Shown: positions 10,861-23,954 of the stretch, piece after piece
Layout: every line of letters begins with the position of its first letter
How positions within the stretch are numbered: the stretch's first letter is position 1
Source of the DNA: Callorhinchus milii
Taxonomy: Eukaryota
Assembly (NCBI RefSeq): GCF_018977255.1
Contig: NW_024704743.1
Coordinates: 99,140,001 to 99,204,000 of the forward strand
DNA: 64,000 nt
Direction: 5' to 3'
Translations under genes and position numbers: made by a program
Notes under the pieces: generated by a model
Seen by the model: the letters and a program-made list of their open reading frames with translations, nothing else
What the model was told of the DNA's origin: nothing
Databases searched by the model: none

Positions 10861-12517
10861 ACGAGGACCATCTGAGGGTTTGCCTTAATTTGGGTGCAAT
10901 TCATGGTCAGTCAGATATTTAACACAATGAGTGGTGCTCCTCTTCCCTTCTCTCACACTGTTCTCAATTGTGAAGTGAGAGAAGCCGTGCTGGCCTTCTG
11001 GTTTGTGAATTTGACTGCTGATTACCAGGATATTGGCTTTTTAGTAAAATAAACTCTCAAAAAGCCAACCATTCAGTCACCCGGCAGTCAAATGCCACAA
11101 TTCATAAGCTGGAAATCGTATGCTAAGGTCCCGGTTTCAACAAGTTCACCTTTGGGGTAGGCCACCCTCTCACCCCTACCCCTCCTGACCTCCACCACCC
11201 TCGATCCTAAACCCCTGCTAGGGTCCAAATCCAGGCGCTGTACAAATGTAATTTGTTGTTGTTGTTGAGAATTGAGTCTGAAGATCCCATTTAATGTGAT
11301 CAATATCACGTGGAGTACAAGTTTCACCCCATTATGGGGAGAAATCTTAAAATGCGTCAGCCAAAGTTAAACTTTTGAATCTTACATATCAGAATTAAAA
11401 TATTATTGCCTCACTGAAAGATTGCCAGCTTTCCATAGACTTAACATTACAGTGGAAGCTGACAAAATACAACATGACATAATTAAACAAGCAAATCAAA
11501 TGCACCTCTGTTAACAGGAATTGTACAGTAATGTTCCTATGCTACAGCCTAAATGAGCGAAGTTTGACATATTTAGCACTAATTTGTTCACTCCCACAGG
11601 ACTGTGCAAATAGGCCAAATAACGTAAAGTGGTCTCAACCCAGCTCTTGCTTTAAATCGACTTCAGCTCCTGACTGGGGAACTTCTCAAACAAATAGACA
11701 ACTTCCAATAGGCGCTCAACAATCTACGCCAATCACCAAGAAGGAGCTGACAGCAACTGTGTTCTTATTTGCAGCAGAGCTGCAGGGCTAGTTCTGAAAA
11801 GTCCATTTACTGAATTTACAATAGATTTGAGCTGATAGTTCCAGATTTCAAAAAATAAATATCTGGCCTGAAGGAGTTTTGAGGTCTATTTCTATCTTGA
11901 AGCATTTTCTTGTGTGAGGAGAAAAAAACCTTACATTACATGGTGGTACTTTGCTGTGTGCAGAATGACCAGATTTCTGTTCCAGAGCTTTGCATGTAAT
12001 GAATATATTCATAAAGCTCATTTGCAGCATAAATGTGACTAATGCTATAATGACCCTAAACCAATTGATTTTGACTTCATTTCTGTGCTGTACTCACAGC
12101 AGGAGGTAGAGCTGCTCTCTCTCTCTCACCAGATTGTGGACAGAGAATTCTTTGTTCAAAAAGCACAACATGAATGTCAAATTACAAAGTTCATTATGCA
12201 TAAGGAAGACTAGCCCACTGTTGTGAAAAATGAATAATTTCTTAAACAAGTACTTATTTTGGATCATTGTGCTTGAAATTTCAAAGATATCACATTGCTT
12301 AAAGGAAGAAGAAAAATCCCTTGATCAGAGCTTGAAGGGCAGGTAGGGCTAAATTCTGTACAGTAGTTTGAGGTAAATGTTTTATTTATTTCTAGTTATC
12401 CGCATGAAGTGGCTCTTTGCGCCGTTTAATTAATATTCAAAAGCTAATTCAACTGGATTTCCAATAGTGCTTTGGTGTCCACATCCCAGAATTCTAGAGG
12501 GACTCCCAGATAACATT

Positions 12518-12880
12518 AATAATAATAATCCTTGCATTTGTTGTAGTACCTTATCACGTCGTTAAGACGCCTCAAAAAGTTTCACAGAATATACTGTAAA
12601 GTGAATTGACTGTATATTTTATGGGCGAAACGTGGCAGCCAATTGCGCACAGCAGTGTCCCATAAACAGTCATGGATTGAGTGACCAAAGTATTTATTAT
12701 TTTATTTATTTTAGTTAATTTTTTGAAGAGATTATTATTTCTGGAAAAGCAATCCACCAAGTGACTAACAACCAGGTTCCTACTTACCGCTAGGTAAACA
12801 GAGGCATGTAGAGTAAAGAAACTTGCTTAAGGTTTTGCCCTGAGTGCTCTTGCTTGTGAGGTGAGTGCTCTAACTAATAC
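12518..12880 (-). mobile_element. tRNA-derived SINE (long form, partly deleted head)
   Basis: Same head remnant, internal module, Deu-like segment and (ATT)n tail as 44314-44677. Confidence 0.8.
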
Positions 12881-13896
12881 GCTACAGGACTCCACAAAGA
12901 AAGATCCTTGCAAGGAACACTACATACATTCAGCCTTTTGCTCCAAGTGAGGAAAAAATTCCAGTAGCAGGTTTGTACCCAAAAAGTAGTTATTAAGTTT
13001 ACAGTATATTTAAAGAGTTCTAACATGTAGCACCGGCACTCTATGAGGAGCACAGTATTATATGGTACAATTTTCATGTTAGGCAATATTAATTTGGATG
13101 GGTTTACAAGCACTTTGATGGTCCATTTATATTTCAGTCTGAAGTCGCAGTTGTTATGGAATCTGCCCTGTTTACACAGTGAGGCAAAGCATACAAATTT
13201 AGTAGCAACACAGAAACAATTGCGTTTTTGCAGACTGTAATATTCAAGCTGTATTATTATTTTCTGCTTGTGAAATCTCCCTGCCATACAGAGAAAGTCT
13301 GTATTAGGCAGCAAACCTGTTGCTTAGCCTGTATGGCCGGCCAGAAAAATTAACTACTCCAATCAATAAACAGTGTCAGCTGTAACACCAGAAACAGTGG
13401 AGGAACTGTTTCTCCCAACACAGGCAAGTTGAAGAACCAACAGTCTGTATTGTTTTGGGTTTACCTTTTCATTAGAATCTTATGTACCTCCATAAGGTCT
13501 TCTCTTTTGAAGACTGCGGAGCCTTCATCTTAACTAATTGTTGCTCACAGCCCATCATGAGTAGTTGAGTCATGTACACTTGAAACTCGCAGGTTTAAAT
13601 CCAGGGCTGTGCTGAGTATCTGATCTAAGTTGGGGCAGCTGTAAATATGTTACAATTGGCTTCATTGGCCCAGAGTAAATATGGAAAATATTGCTCTCAT
13701 AACATAAAGGCTCATATATGAACAATTCTTGGGTTAAGTATAGTGGAAGTTGGGAGGCCAGAGTGGAACAAAACCTCAATGTTATGTTCATTTACAAGTA
13801 CAGCCATTACACTTTTATAGATGAAAGTGCTTTTTAGGAGATATTCAAATACAAGGATCATTATTAAATCAATTGTTGTTTTTGAGACAAATATTA

Positions 13897-14490
13897 CAAT
13901 AATAATCCTTGCATTTGATATAGTGCCTTATCACGTCATTCAGACGTCTCCAAGTGCTTCACAGAATAGACTGTAAAGTGGATTGATGTGTATTTTGTGG
14001 GCAAAACATGGCAGCCAATTGCTCACTGCAATACCCCACAACCAGTTGTGAATCGGGTAATCAAATTTTTGTTTGGAGGGATCGATTAAAATAGCTTAAT
14101 TTCCCCCAAATGGTTCAACATCTGGCCTTGAAGGTCATCCGTTCAATCTCTGGCCTGTGCCATATTAAATTATCTCAACTTTGGCATTGGAGGGAAGACT
14201 GCGCTTTGACCCATCAGTGTCCCGAGAACATCCAGCCAGGAAACATCCAGCCATTCTTTTCTGCTCCTGGTCGCCATCCAATGGATCCTTGTGAGAAGTA
14301 CACATTTATGGACATGGGTTGAGATTAAGATCTGGTTAAGATATTAATAATAATATTAATCCTTGCATTTGACATAGCACCTTATGACAGCTTCGAGACG
14401 TCTCAAAGCGCTTCACAGAATATATTGTAAAGTGAATTGACTGCATTGTTTTTATCGACAAAACGCAGCAGCGTCGCAATTGGCTGCAAG
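13897..14490 (-). mobile_element. Two 5'-truncated SINE 3' fragments (13897-14070, 14350-14490)
   Basis: aataatccttgcatttga.atag..ccttat..gcttcacagaata tails. Confidence 0.75.
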
Positions 14491-15493
14491 ATGTGATGTT
14501 CCTCCCTCCCTTCCCAAGGTTAATTGTACTCATTCCAAAGAGCAGCATACAATGGTAGTGGGGGGCTGACTATATCTATGGAGGTAGTATCTTCAAGAAG
14601 ATAGAATATAGTTAGTTACATGTAATAAACAGCTCTATGACTATTAAATGCTCATTGTGTCCAACTATTTCTTACAATTTCACATTCTTTTGTTTGTGGA
14701 CATATATATTATCCCCCTCCCATATAAAGCACCAGAAACAGCAATAGCGTCAGAAATATGGAACAGCTGAGATCAGACTACAGAAGTGTTCTTTGCTGTT
14801 TGAAATCCTCAGCTAAGACTCAAATCAATCAGATCAACAGCCTGTTTAAATAACATTAGTTTTATTTCACAATTCCATTTGGGTTAGTTTAGCTTTAGTC
14901 ATGTTACAGGAGTATTCAACAAATAATGTGATGCTCGACCATAAAGAAGTGCGGATAACAGTGAAAAATTAATATGACATATAACTTTGACAGCCTTAAA
15001 GGAATTTTCCAATAACTGGTCACTTATAAGGTTAACAGTGGACAGCAAAACCCATCTTTTACAAACTTCTTGCTAGATTGGGCTTACCCAAACAAGATAG
15101 TAGAAATGATCCAGTTTTAAACTTTTAGTGAAATATTGATGCCTTCCCTCTATTTTATGTTATTTTCTCCCCCATGCATGTTCATGCACTTTCCTCAGCT
15201 GGAGATCTGTTTCCAAGCCTCAGCTAACGCCATTTACTTGGAGATTTGTATGAGCAAAGTGGGATGTCCCATCCTCAGACCTTCCTTCACACTTGGGGAT
15301 GATGGGGGGAAGTGCCAATCTCCATTTGGTATCTCCCTATGTTGCTTCAGTAGCTCATTATGTGGAAACTGAGACAATAACTCTGCAGTGGGCTGTCAGT
15401 GTTGGAATCTCAGTGCACTGGGTCATGAGGCAATCCCTAGAACCATCCTCAATTCAATGTTTATTCACCAGGAATCCTCCCACTCAGCTCACA

Positions 15494-15850
15494 TTAACCT
15501 TGCAAGCCAAAACCCTAACGTGTAGGGTGGTCCTAGCTGGACAAGCAGCAGGAAAGCTTGTCAAACAGTGCTACCATTGGCAAACTATGTGGTTTTAACT
15601 GGTCAGACTCCAGCAGTCACCCCAACCCACACTCTGGGGTCCCAAAGCCTTGTTTCTTGCTAACCTGTGCCTAATACTTTCTAAAATTAGGTAAGTAGGA
15701 TGCATCCCACCAGGAAGACAGTGTGCATAGCATTCAAACAAGTTACCTCTGGAATTTCTATGTGTAGGTGAGATGCATGGAAATCTCAGTTAGGTTTGGA
15801 TACTCATAAGCATAGCGATGGATTTCTACAGGTTAGACACCCAGCTGATG
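15494..15850 (+). repeat. Unclassified ~350-bp dispersed repeat
   Basis: Collinear similarity to 6729-7080 along its full length. Confidence 0.75.
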
Positions 15851-17341
15851 AGTAGAGGGATGAGAATCAATGTGCCAAATTGGCTTTTTCAGTCCCAATT
15901 TTCTTATGTTCTGCATTAACTTGAGGAAATTAATATGGATTTGCTTCAACTTGTTTATATTACCAGGTTCACATTCTTTCAATAGTGGTGTTTATTTACA
16001 GAATTTCTAAACAGGATCCTTTAATAAGAATATCTGCTGAGCTCTGCTCTAAAAGTAGATCAGAAGTCCTGTAGGGTGGCATAACATACTACTACTTACC
16101 CATTTTGGGGGACTTGGTGTCTTTATAAATTCCATTAAGAAATATAACAATTCAGACATCATTGGCACAATGCTGTTATTTTTATGCAAGCTTTAATTGA
16201 TTAAAAGTGTTGAAGACCGAAACGAACTGGGAGATGTGATTTAATTGCAGTGAAAGTCCTTTCTGAATGATGGCTGGCTATATGTGAAATAAGTTTGAAC
16301 AGCAACAATTGTTACAGCACAAAACCTGCCTTCAAATTGGCACTAAGTTATAGCAATCTCACTCAAAGAAACCAAAGATGGCTGGTGTGAAGAAAATATC
16401 ACACTGGTACAGCAGGGAGTTCTTGTCTGAAACTAGGGTTGAAAATAGGGATGACAACAAAGAAATAACAAATAGTCACTCCAAGTTTCAAATAATACCT
16501 CTTGCCGATAAGTAGATGTGTCACACCGACCAGTGGAAACCATTCAGATTTCCACCATTCCTGAAAGGAGATTGCGTTGGTTAATGTAATACACGTCCAG
16601 TAGCAGGAATCATTATATGTACCTTGAAGTTGCTGCTTAAGATAAAACTGCAATTTAGACCCAAAAATCATTGGTTTCTGGGACTCCTTAATGCTAACAG
16701 TGAGTGGGTGCTCGAAATGGGAAACTTCCATTTCCCAGAACTACAATCCCTTCTACAATCCCATCAACAAACCACAATCCTTTGTTGATGGGCACAAAAT
16801 TCATCCAAAAAAAAACTTGAAGATTTAGTTAGTTGCTATCACATTACACTGGAGGAAATAGACAGAGTTTGGAAATCAAAACATTTGTGATCTTAGATGA
16901 GTTCCATTATCCTTTTCATATGCAGGTGGTAAATAACACTCAGATGACTTCCTCACTGTTGTCCGATTGTAAACCACACAGGAGGTGATCCCTGATCTCT
17001 GAAGTAGCTCCTGAAATCCATGTGAATGCATTGCTGTTAACACCAACATGCACTCTGCAATCACAAGGCTTTGCTCCTTGCTAACGCAATAAAAGTGAAG
17101 CCTTTGTATTCGGTGAGTACACTCTTGAGCAAGTTCTGCTTTAAGCTAAAAGGCAGCAATACAGATTCAGTGCAAGAGTTTGCAGCCAGAGAGTGAATCC
17201 TCAGATAGTGCGATACCCTGACTCCATGACTAAAACAATGCTATTCTATCTAAAGTAGAAAATAAACCATCTTTATAGCAGCTGGAAGATATTAAAATAA
17301 GACCCATATCAAACCCTGTGCCTACATCTTATATTTGGTGT

Positions 17342-17351
17342 TTTATTTATT
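17342..17351 (-). other. Candidate polyadenylation signals (overlapping AATAAA) of the COLEC12-like gene
   Basis: AATAAATAAA on the minus strand, about 500 nt after the predicted stop and following an AU-rich stretch. Confidence 0.4.
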
Positions 17352-17850
17352 ATTATAAATTCTTGTAGTTGGACAATTACTTCATGAATGCACTGAGGCA
17401 GAAAGTTCAGCAGAAAAATTACTGAAAACTGTAAAGCTTTGTAAGCCTGTTACTATGATGCTTGGTAAATATTTTTTTAAACACAAGTGTTAACATATAG
17501 ATTTTCATATACTGACGCACGTATTTGTAAAAAACACAATTAAAAACTGAGCTTCATATGGATTATGTAAAACATTTTTGGCTTATCGTATTTTCTATAA
17601 ACAATAATTGTTATCAAATAGTGGTTATTCTTTGCAGAATAAAGGCTGGGCTAAAATCTATTATATTTAAAGTTACGGAGGTACGCAGGCTTAAGTCCTG
17701 ATGGCCAGCATAAGGAAACATTTGGAAAGTTGGGTTAATTGTGTCTTCAAGCTCAAGGCAGAAGCTTCCTTTGGCAATCCAGGACCTGGAACTGAGGTTT
17801 ACCTCCGCCAATTGGTCCCAAAATGTCTCTGGACCTCTTCTTCAGGACAC

Positions 17851-17889
17851 TCACTGTGACAGTTCATCTGCAAAGTTAAAAGGCCACTT
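17851..17889 (-). CDS. COLEC12: COLEC12-like probable terminal coding exon; two candidate acceptors give (E)VAF* (17876-17889) or (D)ELSQ* (17851-17867)
   Basis: tttattcacag|AAGTGGCCTTTTAA and ttaactttgcag|ATGAACTGTCACAGTGA both fit phase 1 from the 20363 donor; human COLEC12 also ends in a very short coding exon. Confidence 0.45.
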   Translation of the reverse strand, partial: KWPFNFADELSQ

Positions 17890-17979
17890 CTGTGAATAAA
17901 TAAATCAATATGCACAAGCCATCATCACATCTGTACAATTGGTGTTGGTATTATCAATATTTACAATATTTACAGCTAT

Positions 17980-18968
17980 TTACGATTTACATCAATGATC
18001 TAGACGAGGACATTGAATGTAACGCATCTAAATTCGCGGATGACACTAAACTAGGTGGGAGAGTAAGCACTGAGGATCATGCAAAAAGATTGCAACGGGA
18101 TATAGATAGACTAGGGGAGTGGGCGAGTAGGTGGCAGATGGAATTTAATGTGGGGAAGTGTGAAGTTATTCACCTAGGTAGAAAAAATAGAAAAACAGAT
18201 TATTTTCTAGAGGGGGAGAGATTAGGTAGTGCTAGTGTTCAGAGGGATTTGGGTGTCCTTGTACACCAGTCTCAAAAAGTTAGTTTGCAGGTGCAGCAAG
18301 CAACTAAGAAGGCGAACGGCACGTTAGCGTTCATTGCAAAAGGTTTGGAGTACAAGAGTAGGGAAGTCTTGGTGCAACTGTATAGGGCCTTGGTGAGACC
18401 GCACCTTGAGTATTGTGTGCAGTTTTGGTCTCCTTATTTAAAAAAGGACATACTTGCCCTAGAGGGGGTGCAGCGTAGATTCACTCGGTTAGTTCCTGGG
18501 ATGAGGGGACTGACCTATGAGGATAGGCTGAATAAACTAGGGCTGTATTCTCTAGAGTACAGAAGAATTAGGGGAGAACTTATTGAAACATATAAGATTC
18601 TTAAAGGGTTGGATAAAGTAGACACTGAGGGTCTGTTTCCACTGGTGGGAGGATCTATAACCAGGGGTCACAGTCTTAAAATTAAGGGTCAACCTTTTAG
18701 AACAGAGTTGAGGAAACATTTCTTCACTCAGAGGGTAGTGAAGTTATGGAATTCACTACCCAGAAGGCTGTAGATGCTCAGTTCTTGAACATCTTCAAGG
18801 CTGAGAGTGATAGATTCTTGAAAAAACAGAGGGATTATGGGGATATGGGGATAGGGCAGATAATTAGAGTCAGGTCAGAAGATCAGCCATGATCTTATCG
18901 AATGGCGGGGCAGGCTCGAGGGCCAAATGGCCTACTCCTGCTCCTAATTCTTATGTTCTTATGTTCTA
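17980..18968 (+). mobile_element. Young 5'-truncated CR1 LINE (RT C-terminal half plus 3' UTR) in the last COLEC12-like intron
   Basis: LFTIYINDLD..KFADDTKLG..LVRPHLEYCVQFWSPY..WNSLP; 3' tail ttcttatgttcttatgttct. Confidence 0.95.
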
Positions 18969-19417
18969 ATAGCATCCAAAGCACTTAAAAAGTACAATTG
19001 TACGTTAAACTATATTACTGTGCAGCCCACTGAATATTAACGGATCCTGAGCCTACCCTTCCTTCTTCCCTGTAGGCATTTTGACTATTTTTCATAAAAA
19101 TGCAGCATCTATCACGCCGTCCAGCCTTACCTCACAAGTGTCCATTGTTCATGTCTGGCCTCTGGGCCAATGAATTGTAAAATCACTTATATTTTACTCT
19201 GATTTTAATATCATGTCCCCTATCAATTGAAAGTATGGTGACTGTTCCACAAACAGCCATTATGTGAGTGGCCATTTTGTTCAGGGGATTGTCAGCCAGG
19301 ACAAACACAGGGAAAGCTTTACAACAGTTTGATCTACAAAAACAAGCTTACTAATTTGACTTTATCTGAGCTTCCCTATGGTTTAATGCAAGCTAATGCT
19401 GCATCTAGTCTCTACCA

Positions 19418-19622
19418 GAATCTGGAACTCTCCCCCCCAAAAGGCTGTTGATGCTGGATCCATTCAATTTTTCAAGACTGAGATGAATAGAGATTTGTTA
19501 GGTCAGGGTATCAAGGGATATGGAGCAAGGATGGAGTTGAGGTACAGATCAGACATGATCTAATAGAATGGTGGCACAGGTTTGAAGGGCTGAATGGCCT
19601 ACTCCTGTTCTTATGTTCCTAT
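19418..19622 (+). mobile_element. CR1 3' end
   Basis: atctggaactctcccccc..gggctgaatggcctactcctgttcttatgttcctat. Confidence 0.85.
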
Positions 19623-20362
19623 TTTCCAAAATTTCTGGCAGACAAAAAAACATTAAACCCATTAAACATGTCTGCAGAGCTCCTGGTCTGTGTTAAGTTT
19701 GCTATTATTTCTCTTAGATCTGCCTGTGCCACAAAGAATGGCAGTTCTCCAGATCTATGTCAGTACTGCTCAGGAATTGGCACAAAGTATATACCAGACA
19801 GCAACCTGGGGAGATCTACCAGCCGAGTTTTGCTCCCTGTGGTAAGTTTCCACTCATTGCCTTCCTTTACAGTGGTTTACGTAACTCACATTGGCTGGGA
19901 TTAGAAATTTGCCACATGGAGAACTGCATCCTAACACTCAATGGTTTCAAACAGATTTTACTGACTGCTGTCTACTGTGACAAAGGAAATGTTCCATTCA
20001 GCAACAAGTCGCACACCATTAAGGGTTTAAAAAGAATTCCTGTTGAAATTGGTATCATTACTGGTGGCTTACCACTATTCACATTGCAAGTGCCTTACAA
20101 TGGAAATAGCATTTTCTGCAGAAAATTCCACATATGTCACACCAACTCACAAGAGTTCTTCTCCAGGGTGATCTCAGGTCTCAGCTGAGATGTGACATAA
20201 TGCGATTTGCCGCAGAAAATGTATTTTTAAAGGTCCTTCCTTTTTCAGTGAAACCACAAAATCCAGATGGCAACTGAGCTGTGAGATCATTCATTCATGA
20301 TATGTAACTTTATTCTCTAGTTGAACAATGGTTCCTCTAACATAGAAATTAAAATGATATAC

Positions 20363-20505
20363 CTGGCTTGACATTTTTCTCACAAATCAAGTGGTTCAGA
20401 TCTGTGCAGAAGAAGTCATTCCACAACGCACTGTCAGGAAAGCCTGCACAGTCCTCTGTTGGCCCATAGATACTCCAGTTATCAGGCTGCCCAGGTCTCC
20501 AGTTT
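20363..20505 (-). CDS. COLEC12: COLEC12-like C-type lectin domain exon 3 (143 nt)
   Basis: ttccaag|A AAC TGG..; NWRPGQPDNWSIYGPTEDCAGFPDSALWNDFFCTDLNHLICEKNVKP with QPD and WND motifs; donor G|GTATAT; phase 2 to 1. Confidence 0.92.
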
Positions 20506-21836
20506 CTTGGAACAAAATTTGTTTGACAAATTAGTGCACAAATTAAACAGCAAGCAAATAAATGATTTCAAATAAATTTCAACTTAAACCTCTTATTGGT
20601 AATTGTTTTGGTAAGGGCTCTGGTGTGCTACCCCGCGTGAAGGTCACTATAGAAATGAAAGTTGTTGTTTTCAGACTTTTTTTAACCAAATAGTATTATT
20701 CTGCTTGAGGCACATCAAATAATACAACTGAAGTAAAATAAATGTCTTGATGCATTGAACAAGGGAAACTGAGCAAGGTGTGAGAAGAATTTTGAGACCA
20801 TTGAAGAAATATGTTCTCAGAGCTGTTTGAAAGTCAGGAGAGAGGTAGAAAAATAAAGTGATATCAGAAGAGAGCGGTGGCTGAAAGTTGAATGCATATG
20901 AAGTCAAGAAAATTACAACATGTGTCTGGCCCTGGGAATGCCTTCCGAGCCCACTTCTGCTTCTATCACAGTGGCTGTGCCACCATTGTAACAATCTAAG
21001 GAAGCAGAGGGAGGTGGAAAGGCAAAGGTCACACTCACAAGACATCGACAGACACCGAATATTCCAAGCACCAGTGATGCTTATCACATCACACTGTAAT
21101 TTTCACCCCAAAGATAACAATAAATAGATAAGCTGTTGATTCTTTACCTCCCCCACAAAACACATAAATGTTTGGAGCAGTGTTCAGCGCTGATTGGCTT
21201 AACACCAGGTTGTAAATAAGACTGCTGTTCCCAGTTTCCACAGAATATTCAAGGAAACTTTAAGGCTCATGGGCACTGACTGTGACATCTAGGGCTAATA
21301 ATAATAATAATGATCCTTACATTCATGTTGAAAGGTGCTTCACAAGATTTACTATAAAGTCGAGTGACTGTGTGTTTTGAGAGTGACCAGGCAGTAAGCT
21401 CATTGTATGTGGAAAATTAGTTCCCAAAGTTTCTTAAATATGGTGCGCAATGTAAAAAAAATTGCTTACAATATAGAGTAAAACATAGCTCAGTGACCTG
21501 AGACATTTCCTGTTACTTTATTTTGTTGCTCATTCACTTTTTACATAAATTTCTCTGTTGTGTCAAGATGTCCTGTACTATTCACCAACTTCACTTGAGA
21601 GCTTTACATTCAGTAGTCATAGATATTTACAGTGCTGAAGGAGGCCTTTAGCCTATCAAGTTGGCACTGGCATTCAGAGCAAACTTTCCATTCAATTCCA
21701 CTTTCCTGGCCTGTCCCAACACCCCTTCATTACACTGCATTTCACTTTTTTTATGAATCAAAGCAATCAAGGTACGATAAATTAGTCCTATTTAGCCATT
21801 AGTGGTATTACATTTCATAATAGAATACACACATAC

Positions 21837-21946
21837 GTGTACTCTGCAGTTGTTCCGTCAACCCATTTCCATTCATTTTCCTTCTCAGTATCTGTTAGAC
21901 CAAGCCAATAGAAACCTGTTCTGTTAATCTGTCTTCTCAGCCATTG
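21837..21946 (-). CDS. COLEC12: COLEC12-like C-type lectin domain exon 2 (110 nt)
   Basis: tttacag|QWLRRQINRTGFYWLGLTDTEKENEWKWVDGTTAEY|gtatgt; WLGL motif; phase 0 to 2. Confidence 0.92.
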
Positions 21947-22908
21947 CTGTAAATATCAAAATACATTAACATTAGTTTAACACATCTTAAAAAAGTTATT
22001 TAACTGTTATTTTCAAGTTTGCACATTAGCATATGAATCATCATTTTTTAGGAGTCTCTCAAAAGTATTCCACTGTGTTAAACACTTCAATATATTAGAT
22101 CTTTCATTCAGTCGGTCAACATTCGCTGAAACAGAGGCTTGAGTATCGAACAATGATTGGTGCAATCAAATTAAAAATTTAATATTCTCAGAACTGATTT
22201 CATTCACTGTAGGGTGTTAGCCCCAAAGCAAATTCTAAGAAGGGGATCCAGATCAATTATATAGAGTTACTATGGGTTTGATTCTGTGTGATTAAATGCA
22301 TTTAGGGCCAGAAAAATGAAACCTATGTACAATGAAAGGATGGTCATTATAAAAGACATAAAAGGATTGATGTTGTCATCAGCATTTGTTAATGGTGTCC
22401 AGATATTCATCTAAAGGAACGGCGTTTGCATATAAACCAAATTATCCTAAGCATAGCCTTGAGGCTACATTATAATAATAATCCTTTTAATTGATATAGC
22501 AACTTTCATGTCGGGAGATTGTGTCAAAGTGCTTCTCAGAATTTATTGTAAAGTGTAGTGACTGTGTATTATGTATTATGCATATTTGGAATATTGGGGC
22601 CCTGTTTTGGAAACCCTACCTGCAAACGGACAATGATGCATTGGAGAGAGTTCAGAGAAGGATGAGGATGACTTGAAGATTTAGAGTTCAAAGTTATCGA
22701 GAAAAACTCATAAAACTGAATTTATGTGTGTAAGTAAGATTAATATATGCAGGGATGTATTATAATCCAATTGGCAAAGGTTAAGAGAAAATATTGTAAA
22801 TCTAGTGGGTCTTAACTCAAATTCACTTTATTTGAGAACTAAATAAAAGCTTGTAGGCTTAAGTACAACAACAGAAATATTTGCAGTTCTGGTCTTTTCA
22901 ATCAGTAC

Positions 22909-23044
22909 CTGTTCTTCGCGATTCTTAACTATTAGCATGTGGGAAGACATGTTCTTGCATAAATTCCTTCCCTCTTCAAACTCATACTTATCATCTGAGA
23001 AGTAGTAACATTTGTCCTTAAAGTTCCTCCATCTAGGCGACAAC
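22909..23044 (-). CDS. COLEC12: COLEC12-like C-type lectin domain exon 1 (136 nt; apparent 1-nt deletion near its 5' end)
   Basis: ttaaag|GT TGT CG- CCT AGA TGG..PRWRNFKDKCYYFSDDKYEFEEGRNLCKNMSSHMLIVKNREEQ|gtactg; a phase 1 to 0 exon needs 137 nt. Confidence 0.88.
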
Positions 23045-23954
23045 CTTTAAGAAAGCAAAGGTAAGGGGATTAATAATGCCATATGAGAGTTGTACAAGAA
23101 AATGTAACAGTTTCTTCAGTTGCAGATTGCATGCACATGGCAATGAGTCAGCACCAATTATACCCTCCTGGGCGTGTGGGAAAGTGCTGACTGAGTGGTT
23201 AAGATCAGGCAGACACAGGGGATTCAGGGACATGAACCTGCAAAATGCAGTATTTTGGTAAATTCTGAAGCTATGTTTCCGCAATTGTTTTTGAATGTAA
23301 GGCATTTCTGAAATTCTGCACAATCATAAATGTTTTGGACAATAATCTTTTAAGTTTTAGACCATGAGGAATATTGGGCCTCGGGAGTGGTGATCTGGCT
23401 GATTTTCTGCCCGCACACATGGTGTTCTGAAGCCAATTATAATACTTGTGGTGCCAATTAATTTACACAGTCCAGGGATTGAATCCGAGACATTCTCAGT
23501 CCTTGGCTCTTCAATGGGCTGAATCTCTTCCTATGCTCTAATTTCTATGTTGACCAGCTATTTAAGTTCTTACTTGGAAATATCTATTTTTAAAGCCTTC
23601 ATGTACAAGAGTGATCACTGAATATTGAGAGCTGTCTTAATTTAGGGAAATGGGATCTACCATGAAGCAATAAAATAGGAAACAGGCTTGATGGGCAGAT
23701 TGGCCTGCTTCTATGTTACTAGATACACATGTGATGAATTAATTAACCTTAGACATAATGAATCATCACCAGTTGAATTCATACTGATTTGTAACTTGGC
23801 GTAGTAGGAGTATTTGATGTCTAAAACTAATGAAGCAAGAACAGCATTTTGCACCATAAATTCCAACAAACCTTGCTCAAATATTCTTTGTGAGTTAGGC
23901 ATGAACAGAAATGACAGCAATTTGTATTCCAGGAGGTGATTGAACAATTCTTAC

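Noticed and set aside
11700..11740. Two CCAAT boxes suggesting a promoter
   Set aside because: No associated exon, CpG island or TATA box; short motifs like these are expected by chance
16399..16731. 110-aa minus-strand ORF in apparently unique sequence
   Set aside because: Non-ATG start, no recognisable domain and no convincing splice structure
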